Assembly (NCBI GenBank): GCA_030390025.1
Contig: JASTWF010000361.1
Span: forward strand, 248,001 to 312,000
Reading direction: 5' to 3'
Origin: Squalus acanthias
Taxonomy: Eukaryota
Length of the DNA stretch: 64,000 nt
The notes beneath the pieces were generated by a model. It searched no databases. It was not told the DNA's origin and was given only the letters and a program-made list of their open reading frames with translations. Shown in pieces: positions 24,720 through 37,395 of the stretch. Position 1 is the stretch's first letter. Each line of letters opens with the position of its first letter. The translations under genes and the position numbers were made by a program.

Positions 24720-27700
24720 CTGGGCTAGTAATGCAGAGTCCTGGACTAGTAATCCAGAGGCCTGGGCTAGTAATCCAGTGGCTGGGCTAGTAATTCAGAG
24801 GCCTGGGCTAGTAATCCAGAGGCCTGGGCTAGTAATCCAGAGGCCTGGGCTAGTAATCCAGAGGCCTAGGCTAGTAATCCAGAGGCCTGGGCTAGTAATC
24901 CAGAGGCCTAGGCTAGTAATCCAGAGTCTGGGCTTGTAATACAGAGGCTGGGCTTGTAATCCAGAAGTCTGGGCTAGTAATCCAGAAATCTGGGCTAGTA
25001 ATCCAGAGGCTGAGCTAGTAATCCAGAGGCTGGGATTGTAATCCAGAGGCTGGGCTAGTAATCCAGAGGCTGGGCTTGTAATCCAAAGGCTGGGCTAGTA
25101 ATCAAGAGGCCTGTTCTAGTAATCCAGAGACCTGGGCTAGTAATTCATAGGCCTGGGCTAGTAATCCAGAGGCCTGGGCTAGTAATACAGATGCCTGGAC
25201 TAGTAATCCAGAAGCTGGGATAGTAATCCACAGTCCTGGACTACTAATCCAGAAACTGGACTAGTAATCCAGAGGCCTGGGCCAGTAATCCAGAGTCCTG
25301 GGCTAGTAATCCAGAGGACTGGGCTACTAATCCAGAGGCCTTGGCTAGTAATCCAGTGTCCTGGGCCAGTAATCCAGAGGCCTCGGCTAGTCATCCAGTG
25401 GCTGGGCTTGTAATCCAGAGGCCTGGACTAGTATTCCAAAGGCCTGGGCTAGTACTCCAGAGGCTGGGCTATTAATCCAGAGGCCTGGACTTGTAATCCA
25501 GAGGCTGGGCTAGTAATCCAGAGGTCTGGGCTAGTAATCCAGCGGACTGGGGTAGTAATCCAGAGACTGGGGTAGTAATCCAGAGGCTGGGCTAGTAATC
25601 CAGTGGCTGGGCTTGTAATCCAGAGGCTGGGCTAGTAATCCAGAGACCTGGGCTACTAATCCAGAGGCCTGGGATGGTCATCCAGAGTCCTGGGCTAGTA
25701 CTCCAGAGGCCTCGGCTAGACATCCAGAGGCTGGGCTAGTAATCCAGAGGCTGGGCTAGTAATCCAGAGGCCTGGACTAGTAATCCAGAGGCCTGGGCTA
25801 GTAATCCAGAGGCCTGGGCTAGTTATCCAGAGCTCTGGGCTAGTAATGTAGAGCTCTGGGCTGGTAATACAGAGGCTGGGCTAGTAATCCAGATACCTGG
25901 GCTAGTAATCCAGAGGACTGGGGTAGTAAAACAGAGGCTGGGCTAGTAATCCAGAGGCTGGGTTGGTAATCCAGATGTCTGGGCTAGTAATCTAGAGGCT
26001 GGGCTAGTAATCCAGAGGCCTGGGCTAGTAATCCAGAGGCTGGGCTAGTAATTCAGAGGCCTGGGCTAGTAATCCAGAGGCCTAGTAGTAATCCAGAGGC
26101 CTGGGCTAGTAATCCAGAGGCCTGGGCTAGTACTCCAGAGGCTGTGCTAGAAATCCAGAGGCTGGGCTTGTAATCCAAAGACTGGGCTAGTAATCAAGAG
26201 GCCTGTTCTAGTAATCCATAGACCTGGGCTAGTAATCCAGAAGTCTGTGCTAGTAATCCAGAGGCTGAGCTAGTAATCCGGAGGCTGGACTAGTAATCCA
26301 GAGGCCTGGGCTAGTAATCCTGAGTCTGGGTTGAAAATCCAAAGTCTGGGCTAGTAATCCAGAGGCCTGGACTAGTAATCCAGAGGCTGGGCTAGTAATC
26401 CAGAGGCTGGGCTAGTAATCCAGAGGCTGGGCTAGTAATCCCGCGTCCTGGGCTAGTAATCCAGAGGCCTGGGCTAGTAATCCAGAGGCTGGACTAGTAA
26501 TCCAGAGGTCTGGTTTAGTAATCCAGAGGCCTGGAATAGTAATCCAGAGGCCAGTATTAGTAATCCAGAGCCCTGGGCTTGTAATCCAGAGGCCTGGGCT
26601 AGTAAACCAGAGGCCTGGTCTACTAATCCAGAGGCTGGACGAGCAATCCAGAGCCTGGACTAGTGAACCAGAGGCTTGACTAATACACCAGAGGCCTGGG
26701 CTAGTAATCCATAGGCTGAGCTAGTAATCCAGAGGCCTGGCCTAGTAATCCAATGGCCTGGCCTAGTAATCCAGAGGCCTGGCCTAGTAATCCAGAGGCC
26801 TGGACTAATAATCCAATGGCCTGGACTAGTAATCCAGAGGCTGGGCTAGAAATCCAGCGGCCTGGGCTAGTAATCCAGAGGCTGGGCTAGTAATACAGAG
26901 GCTGGACTATTAATCCAGGGGCCTGGGCTTGTAATCCAGAGGCTGGAATAGTAATACAGAGGCTGGGCTAGTAATCCAGAGGCTGGGCTAGTAACCAGAG
27001 GCCTGGGCTAGTAAACTGCAGTCTGGACTAGTTATCCAGAGGCTGGGCTAGTAATCCAGAGGCATGGACTAGTAATCCAAAGGCTGGGCTATTAATCCAG
27101 AGGCCTGGCTAGTAATCCAGAGGCCTGGACTAGTAATCCAGAGGCTGCGCTTGTAATCCAGAGGTTGGGCTAGTAATCCAGATGCTGGGTTGGTAATTCA
27201 GACGTCTGGGTTAGTAATCCAGAGGCTGGGCCACTAATCCAGTGGCTGGGCTAGTAATTCAGAGGCTGGGCTAGTAATCCAGAGGTCTGGGCTAGTAATC
27301 CAGAGGCCTGGGCTAGTAATCCGGACGCTGAGCTCGTAATCCAGAGCCTGGGCTGGTAATCCTAAATCTGAGCTAGTAATCCAGAGGCCTGGACTAGTAA
27401 TCCAGTGGCCTGGACTTGTAATCCAGAGGTTGAGCTAGTAATCCAGAGGCCTGGGCGAGTATTCCCGAGGCGGGACTAGTAATCCAGAGGCTGTGTTAGT
27501 AATCCAGATGCTGGACTAGTAATCCAGAGGCCTGGTCTAGTAAGACCGAGGCTGGGCTAGTAATCCAAAGGCTGGACTAGTAATCCAGAGGCCTGGGCTA
27601 GTAATCCAGAGACCTGGTCTAGTAATCCAGTGGCTGGACTAGTAATCCAGTGGCCTGTGCTAGTAAGCTAGAGGCCTGAGCTAGTAAACCAGAGGCTGAA

Positions 27701-27961
27701 CTAGTAATCCAGAGGCTGGACTAATAATCCAGAGGCCTGGGCTTGTAATCGAGAGGCTGGACTAGTAATCCAGTGGCCTGGGCTCGTAATCCAGAGGCCT
27801 GGGCTAGTAATCCAGAGGCTGGACTAATAATCCAGTGGCCTGGGCTCGTAATCCAGAGGCCTGAGCTACTAATCCCGAGGCCTGGGCTAGTAATCCAGTG
27901 GCCTGGGCTCGTAATCCAGAGACTGGGCAAGTAATCCAGAGGCTGGGCTCGTAATCCAGAG

Positions 27962-28253
27962 AATCACAGAAGAATCACAGAATCCCCACAGTGCAGATAG
28001 AGGCCATTTCGGCCCATCGAGCCTGCACCGACACATATCCCACCCTATCCCCGTAACCCCACGTATTTAATCCCCCTAACACTAAGGGTCAATTTTATCA
28101 TAGCCAAATCAACCTAACCCGCACATCTTTAGACTGGGGAAGGAACCCGGAGCACCCGGAGTAAACCCACGCAAACACGAGGAGAATGTGCAAACTCCAC
28201 ACAGACAGTAACCCGAGGCCGGATTCGAACCTGGGTCCCTGGCGCTGTGAGGC
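27962..28253 (-). mobile_element. HE1-like SINE copy (variant C), just upstream of Penelope copy 2
   Basis: Same junctions and variant C diagnostics. Confidence 0.88.
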
Positions 28254-28932
28254 CTGGGCTAGTAATGCAGAGTCCTGGACTAGTAATCCAGAGGCCTGGT
28301 TCCACGATGGGGTTCCCCTTGTCCTCACCTTTCACCCCACCAGCCTCCACATTCAACGTATCATCCTCCGCCATTTCCGCCACCTCCAGCGTGATCCCAC
28401 CACCAAACACATCTTCCCCTCACCTCCCCTTTCAGCATTCCGTAGGGACCGCTCCCTCCGCGACACCCTAGTCCACTCCTCTACCACCCCCAGCACCCCT
28501 TCCCCTTCGCCCGGCACCTTCCCGTGCACGCGCAGGAGATGCAACACATGCCCTTATACCTCCCCTCTTCCCACTGTCCAGGGCCCCAAACACCCCTTCC
28601 AGGTGAAACAGCGATTTACTTGTACTTCCTGCAATTTAGTATACTGTATTCGCTGCTCACGATGTGGACTCCTCTACATTGGGGAGACCAAACGCAGATT
28701 GGGTGACCGCTTTGCGGAACACCTCCGTTCAGTCCGTAAGGGGGACCCCGAGCTCCCGGTGGCCTGTCACTTTAATTCACCGCTTCACTCCCACTCTGAC
28801 CTCACCGTCCTCGGCCTATTACACTGTTCCACGGAAGCTCAGCGTAAACTCGAGGAACAGCACCTCATCTTTCGTTTAGGCACGCTACAGCCTTCTGGAC
28901 TCAATATCGAGTTCAACAATTTTAGATCATAA
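28186..28932 (+). CDS. Chimeric 248-aa ORF: antisense-SINE ATG + satellite codons + intact GIY-YIG endonuclease (expression unknown)
   Basis: ATG at 28186 lies inside the SINE and the frame stays open through the satellite monomers (WASNAESWTSNPEAW) into the Penelope frame. Confidence 0.4.
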   Translation: MCKLHTDSNPRPDSNLGPWRCEAWASNAESWTSNPEAWFHDGVPLVLTFHPTSLHIQRIILRHFRHLQRDPTTKHIFPSPPLSAFRRDRSLRDTLVHSSTTPSTPSPSPGTFPCTRRRCNTCPYTSPLPTVQGPKHPFQVKQRFTCTSCNLVYCIRCSRCGLLYIGETKRRLGDRFAEHLRSVRKGDPELPVACHFNSPLHSHSDLTVLGLLHCSTEAQRKLEEQHLIFRLGTLQPSGLNIEFNNFRS

Positions 28933-29352
28933 CCTCAGCTCCAATCACATTTATATTTTATTTTATCCACCCTTTTATTTGTCCCCCCCCACCTTTTTTT
29001 TCCTCCTAGAAGCTGGCAGCTGTCCTTCATTCTGCCAGTGGTTTTCACACTTCATTCAGCCTTAATCTGTCACATTAACACCACCTCTAGTCTTGCATAT
29101 CTCTTAATGTCTCTTAATGTCTCTTAACGTCTCTTCATCTCCCCCTTTGTTCCTTTATCCCCTCCCCCTTTTCCCAGCTTTACCCTGGCCTTAAATCTAT
29201 TTGATTTCCGGCTCTTCCCAGTTCTGATGAAAGGTCATCGACCTGAAACGTTAACTCTCTTTCTCTCTCCACGGATGCTGCCTGGCCTGCTGAGTTTTTC
29301 CAGCATTTTCTGTTGTTATTTCGGATTTCCAGCATCCGCAGTATTTTGCTAT
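28300..29352 (+). mobile_element. Penelope-like element, copy 2
   Basis: Near-identical to copy 1, with the same 3' junction and a different 5' junction. Three rather than two TCTCTTAAYG 10-mers. Confidence 0.9.
29220..29256 (+). ncRNA. Minimal hammerhead ribozyme motif, copy 2
   Basis: Identical to 6838-6874. Confidence 0.82.
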
Positions 29353-29695
29353 AGTAATCCAGAGGCCTGGGTGAGTAATCCAGAGGCTGTGTTAGTAATC
29401 TAGAGGCTGGAGTAGTAATCCAGAGGCTGGACTAATAATCCAGAGGCCTGGGCTTGTAATCGAGAGGCTGGACTAGTAATCCAGTGGCCTGGGCTCGTAA
29501 TCCAGAGGCCTGGGCTTGTAATCCAGAGGCTGGACTAATAATCCAGTGGCCTGGGCTAGTAATACAAAAGGCCTGGGCTAGTAATCCAGAGGCCTGGGCT
29601 GGTAATCCCGAGGCCTGGGCTAGTAATCGAGAGGCTGGACTAGTAATCCCGAGGCCTGGGCTAGTAATCCCGAGGCATGGGCTCGTAATCCAGAG

Positions 29696-29774
29696 AATCA
29701 CAGAAGAATCACAGAATCCGCACAGTGCAGATAGAGGCCATTTCGGCCCATCGAGCCTGCACCGACACATATCC
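29696..29774 (-). mobile_element. HE1-like SINE 3'-end remnant (variant A, deleted)
   Basis: 79 bp matching 7314-7392, including aatccgcacag, joined to satellite at ATCC. Confidence 0.85.
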
Positions 29775-32673
29775 AGATGCCTGGGCTAGTAATCCAGAGT
29801 CCTGGACTAGTAATCCAGAGGCTGGGCTATTAATCCAGAGGTCTGGACTAGTAATTCAGTGGACTGGGCTAGTAATCCAGAGGCCTGGTCTAGTAATCCA
29901 GAGGCCTGGGCTAGTAATCCAGTGGCCTGGGCTAGTAATCCAGAGCTCTGGGCTGGTAATGCAGAGGTCTGGGCTGGTAACCCAGAGGCTGGGCTAGTAA
30001 TCCAGAGGCTGGGCTAGTTATCCAGAGGTCTGGGCTAGTAATCCAGCGGACTGGGCTAGTAATCCAGCGGACTGGGGTAGTAATCCAGACGTCTGGGCTA
30101 GTAATCCAGAGGCCTGGGCTAGTAATTCAGAGGCTGGGCTAGTAATCCAGAGACCTGGGCTAGTAATCCAGTGGCCTGGGCTAGTAATCCAGAGGCCGGG
30201 TTGGTAATCCAGACGTCTGGGCTAGTAATCCAGAGGCTGGGCTAGTAATCCAGATGCCTGGGCTAGTAATCCATATGCCTGGGCTAGTAATCCGGTGGCC
30301 TTGGCTGGTAATCCAGAAGCCTCGGCTAGTATTCCAGAGGCTGGGCTAGTAATCCAGAGGGCTGGGATAGTAATCCAGAGGCCTGGACTAGTATTCCAAA
30401 GGCCTGGGCTAGAAATCCAGCGGACTGGGCTAGTATTCCAGCGGACTGGGGTAGCAATCCAGACGTCTGGGCTAGTAATCCAGAGGCCTGGGCTAGTAAT
30501 TCAGAGGCTGGGCTAGTAATCCAGAGGTCTGGGCTAGTAATCCAGAGGCTGGGCTATTAATCCAGAGTCCTGGGCTAGTAATCCAGTGGCCTAGGCTGGT
30601 AATCCAGAGGCCTGGGCTAGTAATCCAGAGCTCTGGGCTAGTAATGCAGAGGTCTGGGCTGGTAATCCAGAGGCTGGGCTAGTAATCCAGAAACCTGGGC
30701 AAGTAATCCAGAGGACTGGGGTAGTAAAACAGAGGCTGGGCTAGTAATCCAGAGGCCGGGTTGGTAATCCAGACGTCTGGGCTAGTAATCTAGAGGCTGG
30801 GCTAGTAATCCAGACGCCTGGGCTAGTAATCCTTAGGCCTGGGCTAGTAATCCGGTGGCCTTGGCTGGTAATCCAGAAGCCTCGGCTAGTATTCCAGAGG
30901 CTGGGCTAGTAATCCAGAGGGCTGGGATAGTAATCCAGAGGCCTGGACTAGTAATCCAGAGGCCTGGACTAGTAATCCACAGGCCTCAGCGAGTAAACAA
31001 GAATAATGTTCTAGTAATTTAGAATCCTGGGATAGTAAAACAGAGGCTGGGCTAGTAATTCAGAGGCTGGGCTAGTAATCCAGCGGACTGGGGTAGCAAT
31101 CCAGACGTCTGGGCTAGTAATCCAGAGGCCTGGGCTAGTAATTCAGAGGCTGGGCTAGTAATCCAGAGGTCTGGGCTAGTAATCCAGAGGCTGGGCTATT
31201 AATCCAGAGTCCTGGGCTAGTAATCCAGTGGCCTAGGCTGGTAATCCAGAGGCCTGGGTTAGTAATCCAGAGCTCTGGGCTAGTAATGCAGAGGTCTGGG
31301 CTGGTAATCCAGAGGCTGGGCTAGTAATCCAGAAACCTGGGCAAGTAATCCAGAGGACTGGGGTAGTAAAACAGAGGCTGGGCTAGTAATCCAGAGGCCG
31401 GGTTGGTAATCCAGACGTCTGGGCTAGTAATCTAGAGGCTGGGCTAGTAATCCAGACGCCTGGGCTAGTAATCCATAGGCCTGGGCTAGTAATCCGGTGG
31501 CCTTGGCTGGTAATCCAGAAGCCTCGGCTAGTATTCCAGAGGCTGGGCTAGTAATCCAGAGGGCTGGGATAGTAATCCAGAGGCCTGGACTAGTAATCCA
31601 GAGGCCTGGACTAGTAATCCACAGGCCTCAGCGAGTAAACAAGAATAATGTTCTAGTAATTTAGAATCCTGGGATAGTAAAACAGAGGCTGGGCTAGTAA
31701 TTCAGAGGCTGGGCTAGTAATCCAGAGGCCTGGACTAGTAATCCACAGGCCTCAGCGAGTAAACAAGAATAATGTTCTAGTAATTTAGAATCCTGGGATA
31801 GTAAAACAGAGGCTGGGCTAGTAATTCAGAGGCTGGGCTAGTAATCCAGAGGTCTGGGCTAGTAATCCAGAGGCCTGGGCTAGTAATCCGGAGGCTGAGC
31901 TCGTAATCCAGAGGCCTGGGCTGGTAATCCTAAGGCTGAGCTAGTAATCCAGAGGCCTGGACTAGTAATCCAGAGGCCTGGGCGAGTATTCCCGAGGCTG
32001 GACTAGTAATCCAGAGGCTGTGTTAGTAATCTAGATGCTGGACTAGTAATCCAGAAACATGGAATAGTAATCTAGAGACCTAGGCTAGTAATCCAGAGGC
32101 TGGATAGTAATCCAGAGGAATGGACTAGTAATCTAGAGTCCTTGGCTAGTAATCCAGAGGCCTGGACTAGTAATCCAGAAACCTGGACTAGTAATCCAGA
32201 GGCCTGGTCTAGTAAAACAGAGGCTGGGCTAGTAATCCAAAGGCTGGACTAGTAATCCAGAGGCCTGGGCTAGTAATCCAGAGACCTGGTCCAGTAATCC
32301 AGAGGCTGGACTAGTAATCCAGTGGCCTGGGCTAGTAATCTAGAGGCCTGGGCTAGTAAACCAGAGGCTGGACTAGTAATCCAGTGGCTGGACTAGTAAT
32401 CCAGAGGCCTGGGCTAGTAATCCAGAGGCATGGGCTAGTAATCCAGAGGCTGTGTTAGTAATCTAGAGGCTGGACTAGTAATCCAGAGGCTGGACTAATA
32501 ATCCAGAGGCCTGGGCTTGTAATCCAGAGGCTGGACTAGTAATCCAGGGGCCTTGGCTCATAATCCAGAGGCCTGGGCTAGTAACCCTGACGCCTGGGCT
32601 AGTAATCCCGAGGCCTGGGCTCGTAATCCAGAGACTGGGCAAGTAATCCAGAGGCTGGGCTCGTAATCCAGAG

Positions 32674-32965
32674 AATCACAGAAGAATCACAGAATCCCCA
32701 CAGTGCAGATAGAGGCCATTTCGGCCCATCGCGCCTGCACCGACACATATCCCACCCTATCCAAGTAACCCCACATATTTAATCCCCCTAACACTAAGGG
32801 TCAATTTTATCATAGCCAAATCAACCTAACCCGCACATCTTTAGACTGGGGGAGGAAACCGGAGCACCTGGAGTAAACCCACGCAGACACGGGGAGAATG
32901 TGCAAACTCCACACAGACAGTAACCCGAGGCCGGATTCGAACCTGGGTCCCTGGCGCTGTGAGGC
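32674..32965 (-). mobile_element. HE1-like SINE copy (variant B)
   Basis: Same junctions and variant B diagnostics. Confidence 0.88.
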
Positions 32966-35582
32966 CTGGGCTAGTAATACAGAGTCCTGGACTAGTAATC
33001 CAGAGGCTGGGCTAGTAATCCAGAGGACTGAGCTTGTAATCCAGAGGCCTGGGCTAGTAATCCAGAGGCCTGGGCTAGTAATCCAGAGGCCTAGGCTGGT
33101 AATCCAGAGGCCTGGCATAGTAATCCAGAGGCCTGGGCTAGTAATTCAGAGGCTGTGCTAGTAATCCAGGGTCTGGGCTAGTAATCCAGAGGCTGGGCTT
33201 GTAATCCAGAAGCTGGCCTTGTAATCCAGAGGCTGGGCAACTAATCCAGAGGCCTGTTGTAGTAATCCAGAGACCTGGGCTAGTAATCCAGAAGTCTGGG
33301 CTAGTAATCCAGAGGCTGAGCTAGTAATCCAGAGGCCTGGAATAGTATTCCAAAGGCCTGGGCTAGTAATCCAGAGGCTGGGCTATTAATCCAGAGGCCT
33401 GGACTAGTAATCCAGTGGACTGGGCTAGTAATCCAGAGGCCTGGTCTAGTAATCCAGAGGCCTGGGCTAGTAATCCAGTGGCCTGGGCTGGTAATCAAGT
33501 GGCCTGGCTAGTAATCCAGAGGCCTGGGCTAGTAGTCCAGAGTTCTGGGCTAGTAATGCAGAGGTCTGGGCTGGTAATCCAGAGGCTGGGCTAGTAATCC
33601 AGATGCTGGGCTAGTAATCCAGAGGTCTGGGCTAGTAATCCAGAGGACTGGGGTAGTAATCCAGAGGCCTGGGCTACTAATCCAGAGGCCTTGGCGAGTA
33701 ATCCTGTGTCCTGGGCCAGTAATCCAGAGGCCTCGGCTAGTCATCCAGTGGCTGGGCTTGTAATCCAGAGGCTGGGCTAGTATCCCAGAGGCCTGGACTA
33801 GTATTCCAAAGGCCTGGGCTAGTAATCCAGAGGATGGGCTAGTAATCCACAGGCCTGGTCTAGTAATCCACAGGCCTGGGCTAGTATTCCAGTGGCCTGC
33901 CTAGTAATCCAGAGGCCTGGGCTAGTAATCCAGAGGCTGGGCTAGTAATCCAGAGCTCTGGGCTAGTAAAGCAGAGGTCTGGGCTGGTAATCCAGAGGCT
34001 GGGCTAGTAATCCAGAGGCTGGGCTAGTAATCCAGAGTTCTGGGCTAGTAATCCAGCAGACTGGGGTAGTAATCCAGAGGCTGGGCTAGTAATCAAGAGG
34101 CTGAGCTAGTAATCCAGTGGCTGGGTTGGTAATCCAGAAGTCTGGGCTAGTAATCCAGAGGCCTGGGCTAGTAATTCAGAGGCTGGGCTAGTAATCCAGA
34201 GGGCTGAGCTAGTAATTCAGATGCTGGGCTAGTAATCCAGACGCCTGGGCTAGTAATCCGGTGGCCTTGGCTGGTAATCCAGATGCCTCGGCTAGAAATC
34301 CAGAGGCTGGGCTAGTAATCCAGAGGGCTGGGCTAGTAATCCAGAGGCCTGGACTAGTAATCCACAGGCCTCAGCGAGTAAACAAGAATATTTTCCATTA
34401 ATTTAGAATCCTGGGATAGTGAAACAGTAATCCGGTGGCCTTGGCTGGTAATCCAGATGCCTCGGCTAGAAATCCAGAGGCTGGGCTAGTAATCCAGAGG
34501 GCTGGGCTAGTAATCCAGAGGCCTGGACTAGTAATCCACAGGCCTCAGCGAGTAAACAAGAATATTTTCCATTAATTTAGAATCCTGGGATAGTGAAACA
34601 GTAATCCGGTGGCCTTGGCTGGTAATCCAGAAGCCTCGGCTAGAAATCCAGAGGCTGGGCTAGTAATCCAGAGGGCTGGGCTAGTAATCCAGAGGCCTGG
34701 GCTATTAATCCAGAGGTCTGGGCTAGTAATCCAGAGGCCTGGGCTAGTAATCCAGAAGTCTGGGCTAGTAATCCAGAGGCCTGGGCTAGTAATCCAGAGG
34801 TCTGGTCTTGTAATCCAGAGGTCTGGGCTGGTAATCCAGTGGCTGGGCTAGTAATCCAGAGGCCTGGGCTAATAATCCAGAGGCCTGGGCTAGTAATCCA
34901 GAGGCCTGTGCTAGTAATCCAGAGGCCTGGGATAGTAATCCAGAAGTCTGTGCTAGTAATCCAGAGGCTGAGCTAGTAATCCGGAGTCTGGACTAGTAAT
35001 CCAGAGGCCTGGGCTAGTAATCCAGAGGCCTGGGCTAGTAATCCTGAGTCTGGGTTGAAAATCCAAAGTCTGGGCTAGTAATCCAGAGGCCTGGACTAGT
35101 AATCCAGAGGCTGGGCTAGTAATCCAGAGGCTGGGCTAGTAATCCAGAGGCTGGGCTAGTAATCCCGCGTCCTGGGCTAGTAATCCAGAGGCCTGGGCTA
35201 GTAATCCAGAGGCTGGACTAGTAATCCAGAGGTCTGGTTTAGTAATCCAGAGGCCTGGAATAGTAATCCAGAGGCCAGTATTAGTAAACCAGAGCCCTGG
35301 GCTTGTAATCCAGAGGCCTGGGCTAGTAAACCAGAGGCCTGGTCTACTAATCCAGAGGCTGGACTAGTAATCCAGAGGCTGGACTAATAATCCAGAGGCC
35401 TGGGCTTGTAATCGAGAGGCTGGACTAGTAATCCAGTGGCCTGGGCTCGTAATCCAGAGGCCTGGGCTAGTAATCCAGAGGCTCGACTAATAATCCAGTG
35501 GCCTGGGCTCGTAATCCAGAGGCCTGAGCTACTAATCCAGAGACTGGGCAAGTAATCCAGAGGCTGGGCTCGTAATCCAGAG

Positions 35583-35874
35583 AATCACAGAAGAATCACA
35601 GAATCCCCACAGTGCAGATAGAGGCCATTTCGGCCCATCGAGCCTGCACCGACACCTATCCCACCCTATCCCCGTAACCCCACGTATTTAATCCCCCTAA
35701 CACTAAGGGTCAATTTTATCATAGCCAAATCAACCTAACCCGCACATCTTTAGACTGGGGAAGGAACCCGGAGCACCCGGAGTAAACCCACGCAAACACG
35801 AGGAGAATGTGCAAACTCCACACAGACAGTAACCCGAGGCCGGATTCGAACCTGGGTCCCTGGCGCTGTGAGGC
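35583..35874 (-). mobile_element. HE1-like SINE copy (variant C), just upstream of Penelope copy 3
   Basis: Same junctions and variant C diagnostics. Confidence 0.88.
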
Positions 35875-36553
35875 CTGGGCTAGTAATGCAGAGTCCTGGA
35901 CTAGTAATCCAGAGGCCTGGTTCCACGATGGGGTTCCCCTTGTCCTCACCTTTCACCCCACCAGCCTCCACATTCAACGTATCATCCTCCGCCATTTCCG
36001 CCACCTCCAGCGTGATCCCACCACCAAACACATCTTCCCCTCACCTCCCCTTTCAGCATTCCGTAGGGACCGCTCCCTCCGCGACACCCTAGTCCACTCC
36101 TCTACCACCCCCAGCACCCCTTCCCCTTCGCCCGGCACCTTCCCGTGCACGCGCAGGAGATGCAACACATGCCCTTATACCTCCCCTCTTCCCACTGTCC
36201 AGGGCCCCAAACACCCCTTCCAGGTGAAACAGCGATTTACTTGTACTTCCTGCAATTTAGTATACTGTATTCGCTGCTCACGATGTGGACTCCTCTACAT
36301 TGGGGAGACCAAACGCAGATTGGGTGACCGCTTTGCGGAACACCTCCGTTCAGTCCGTAAGGGGGACCCCGAGCTCCCGGTGGCCTGTCACTTTAATTCA
36401 CCGCTTCACTCCCACTCTGACCTCACCGTCCTCGGCCTGTTACACTGTTCCACGGAAGCTCAGCGTAAGCTCGAGGAACAGCACCTCATCTTTCGTTTAG
36501 GCACGCTACAGCCTTCTGGACTCAATATCGAGTTCAACAATTTTAGATCATAA
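35807..36553 (+). CDS. Chimeric 248-aa GIY-YIG ORF, second copy (expression unknown)
   Basis: Translation is identical to 28186-28932. Confidence 0.4.
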   Translation: MCKLHTDSNPRPDSNLGPWRCEAWASNAESWTSNPEAWFHDGVPLVLTFHPTSLHIQRIILRHFRHLQRDPTTKHIFPSPPLSAFRRDRSLRDTLVHSSTTPSTPSPSPGTFPCTRRRCNTCPYTSPLPTVQGPKHPFQVKQRFTCTSCNLVYCIRCSRCGLLYIGETKRRLGDRFAEHLRSVRKGDPELPVACHFNSPLHSHSDLTVLGLLHCSTEAQRKLEEQHLIFRLGTLQPSGLNIEFNNFRS

Positions 36554-36973
36554 CCTCAGCTCCAATCACATTTATATTTTATTTTATCCACCCTTTTATT
36601 TGTCCCCCCCCACCTTTTTTTTCCTCCTAGAAGCTGGCAGCTGTCCTTCATTCTGCCAGTGGTTTTCACACTTCATTCAGCCTTAATCTGTCACATTAAC
36701 ACCACCTCTAGTCTTGCATATGTCTTAATGTCTCTTAATGTCTCTTAACGTCTCTTCATCTCCCCCTTTGTTCCTTTATCCCCTCCCCCTTTTCCCAGCT
36801 TTACCCTGGCCTTAAATCTATTTGATTTCCGGCTCTTCCCAGTTCTGATGAAAGGTCATCGACCTGAAACGTTAACTCTCTTTCTCTCTCCACGGATGCT
36901 GCCTGGCCTGCTGAGTTTTTCCAGCATTTTCTGTTGTTATTTCGGATTTCCAGCATCCGCAGTATTTTGCTAT
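35921..36973 (+). mobile_element. Penelope-like element, copy 3
   Basis: 7621 bp downstream of copy 2, with the same two junctions. Confidence 0.9.
36841..36877 (+). ncRNA. Minimal hammerhead ribozyme motif, copy 3
   Basis: Identical to 6838-6874. Confidence 0.82.
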
Positions 36974-37316
36974 AGTAATCCAGAGGCCTGGGTGAGTAAT
37001 CCAGAGGCTGTGTTAGTAATCTAGAGGCTGGAGTAGTAATCCAGAGGCTGGACTAATAATCCAGAGGCCTGGGCTTGTAATCGAGAGGCTGGACTAGTAA
37101 TCCAGTGGCCTGGGCTCGTAATCCAGAGGCCTGGGCTTGTAATCCAGAGGCTGGACTAATAATCCAGTGGCCTGGGCTAGTAATACAAAAGGCCTGGGCT
37201 AGTAATCCAGAGGCCTGGGCTGGTAATCCCGAGGCCTGGGCTAGTAATCGAGAGGCTGGACTAGTAATCCCGAGGCCTGGGCTAGTAATCCCGAGGCATG
37301 GGCTCGTAATCCAGAG

Positions 37317-37395
37317 AATCACAGAAGAATCACAGAATCCGCACAGTGCAGATAGAGGCCATTTCGGCCCATCGAGCCTGCACCGACACATATCC
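37317..37395 (-). mobile_element. HE1-like SINE 3'-end remnant (variant A, deleted)
   Basis: Matches 29696-29774. Confidence 0.85.

Larger units (their letters stand above)
20895..27961. repeat. Higher-order tandem duplication, period ~3533 bp
   Basis: SINE starts at 20895, 24428 and 27962. Matching shadow ORFs are offset by 3533 (21119/24652, 21667/25200). Confidence 0.9.

Noticed and set aside
5930..36973. Three independent Penelope insertions or an autonomous element
   Set aside because: The identical 3' junction and flank indicate one insertion, and no Penelope RT domain is present.
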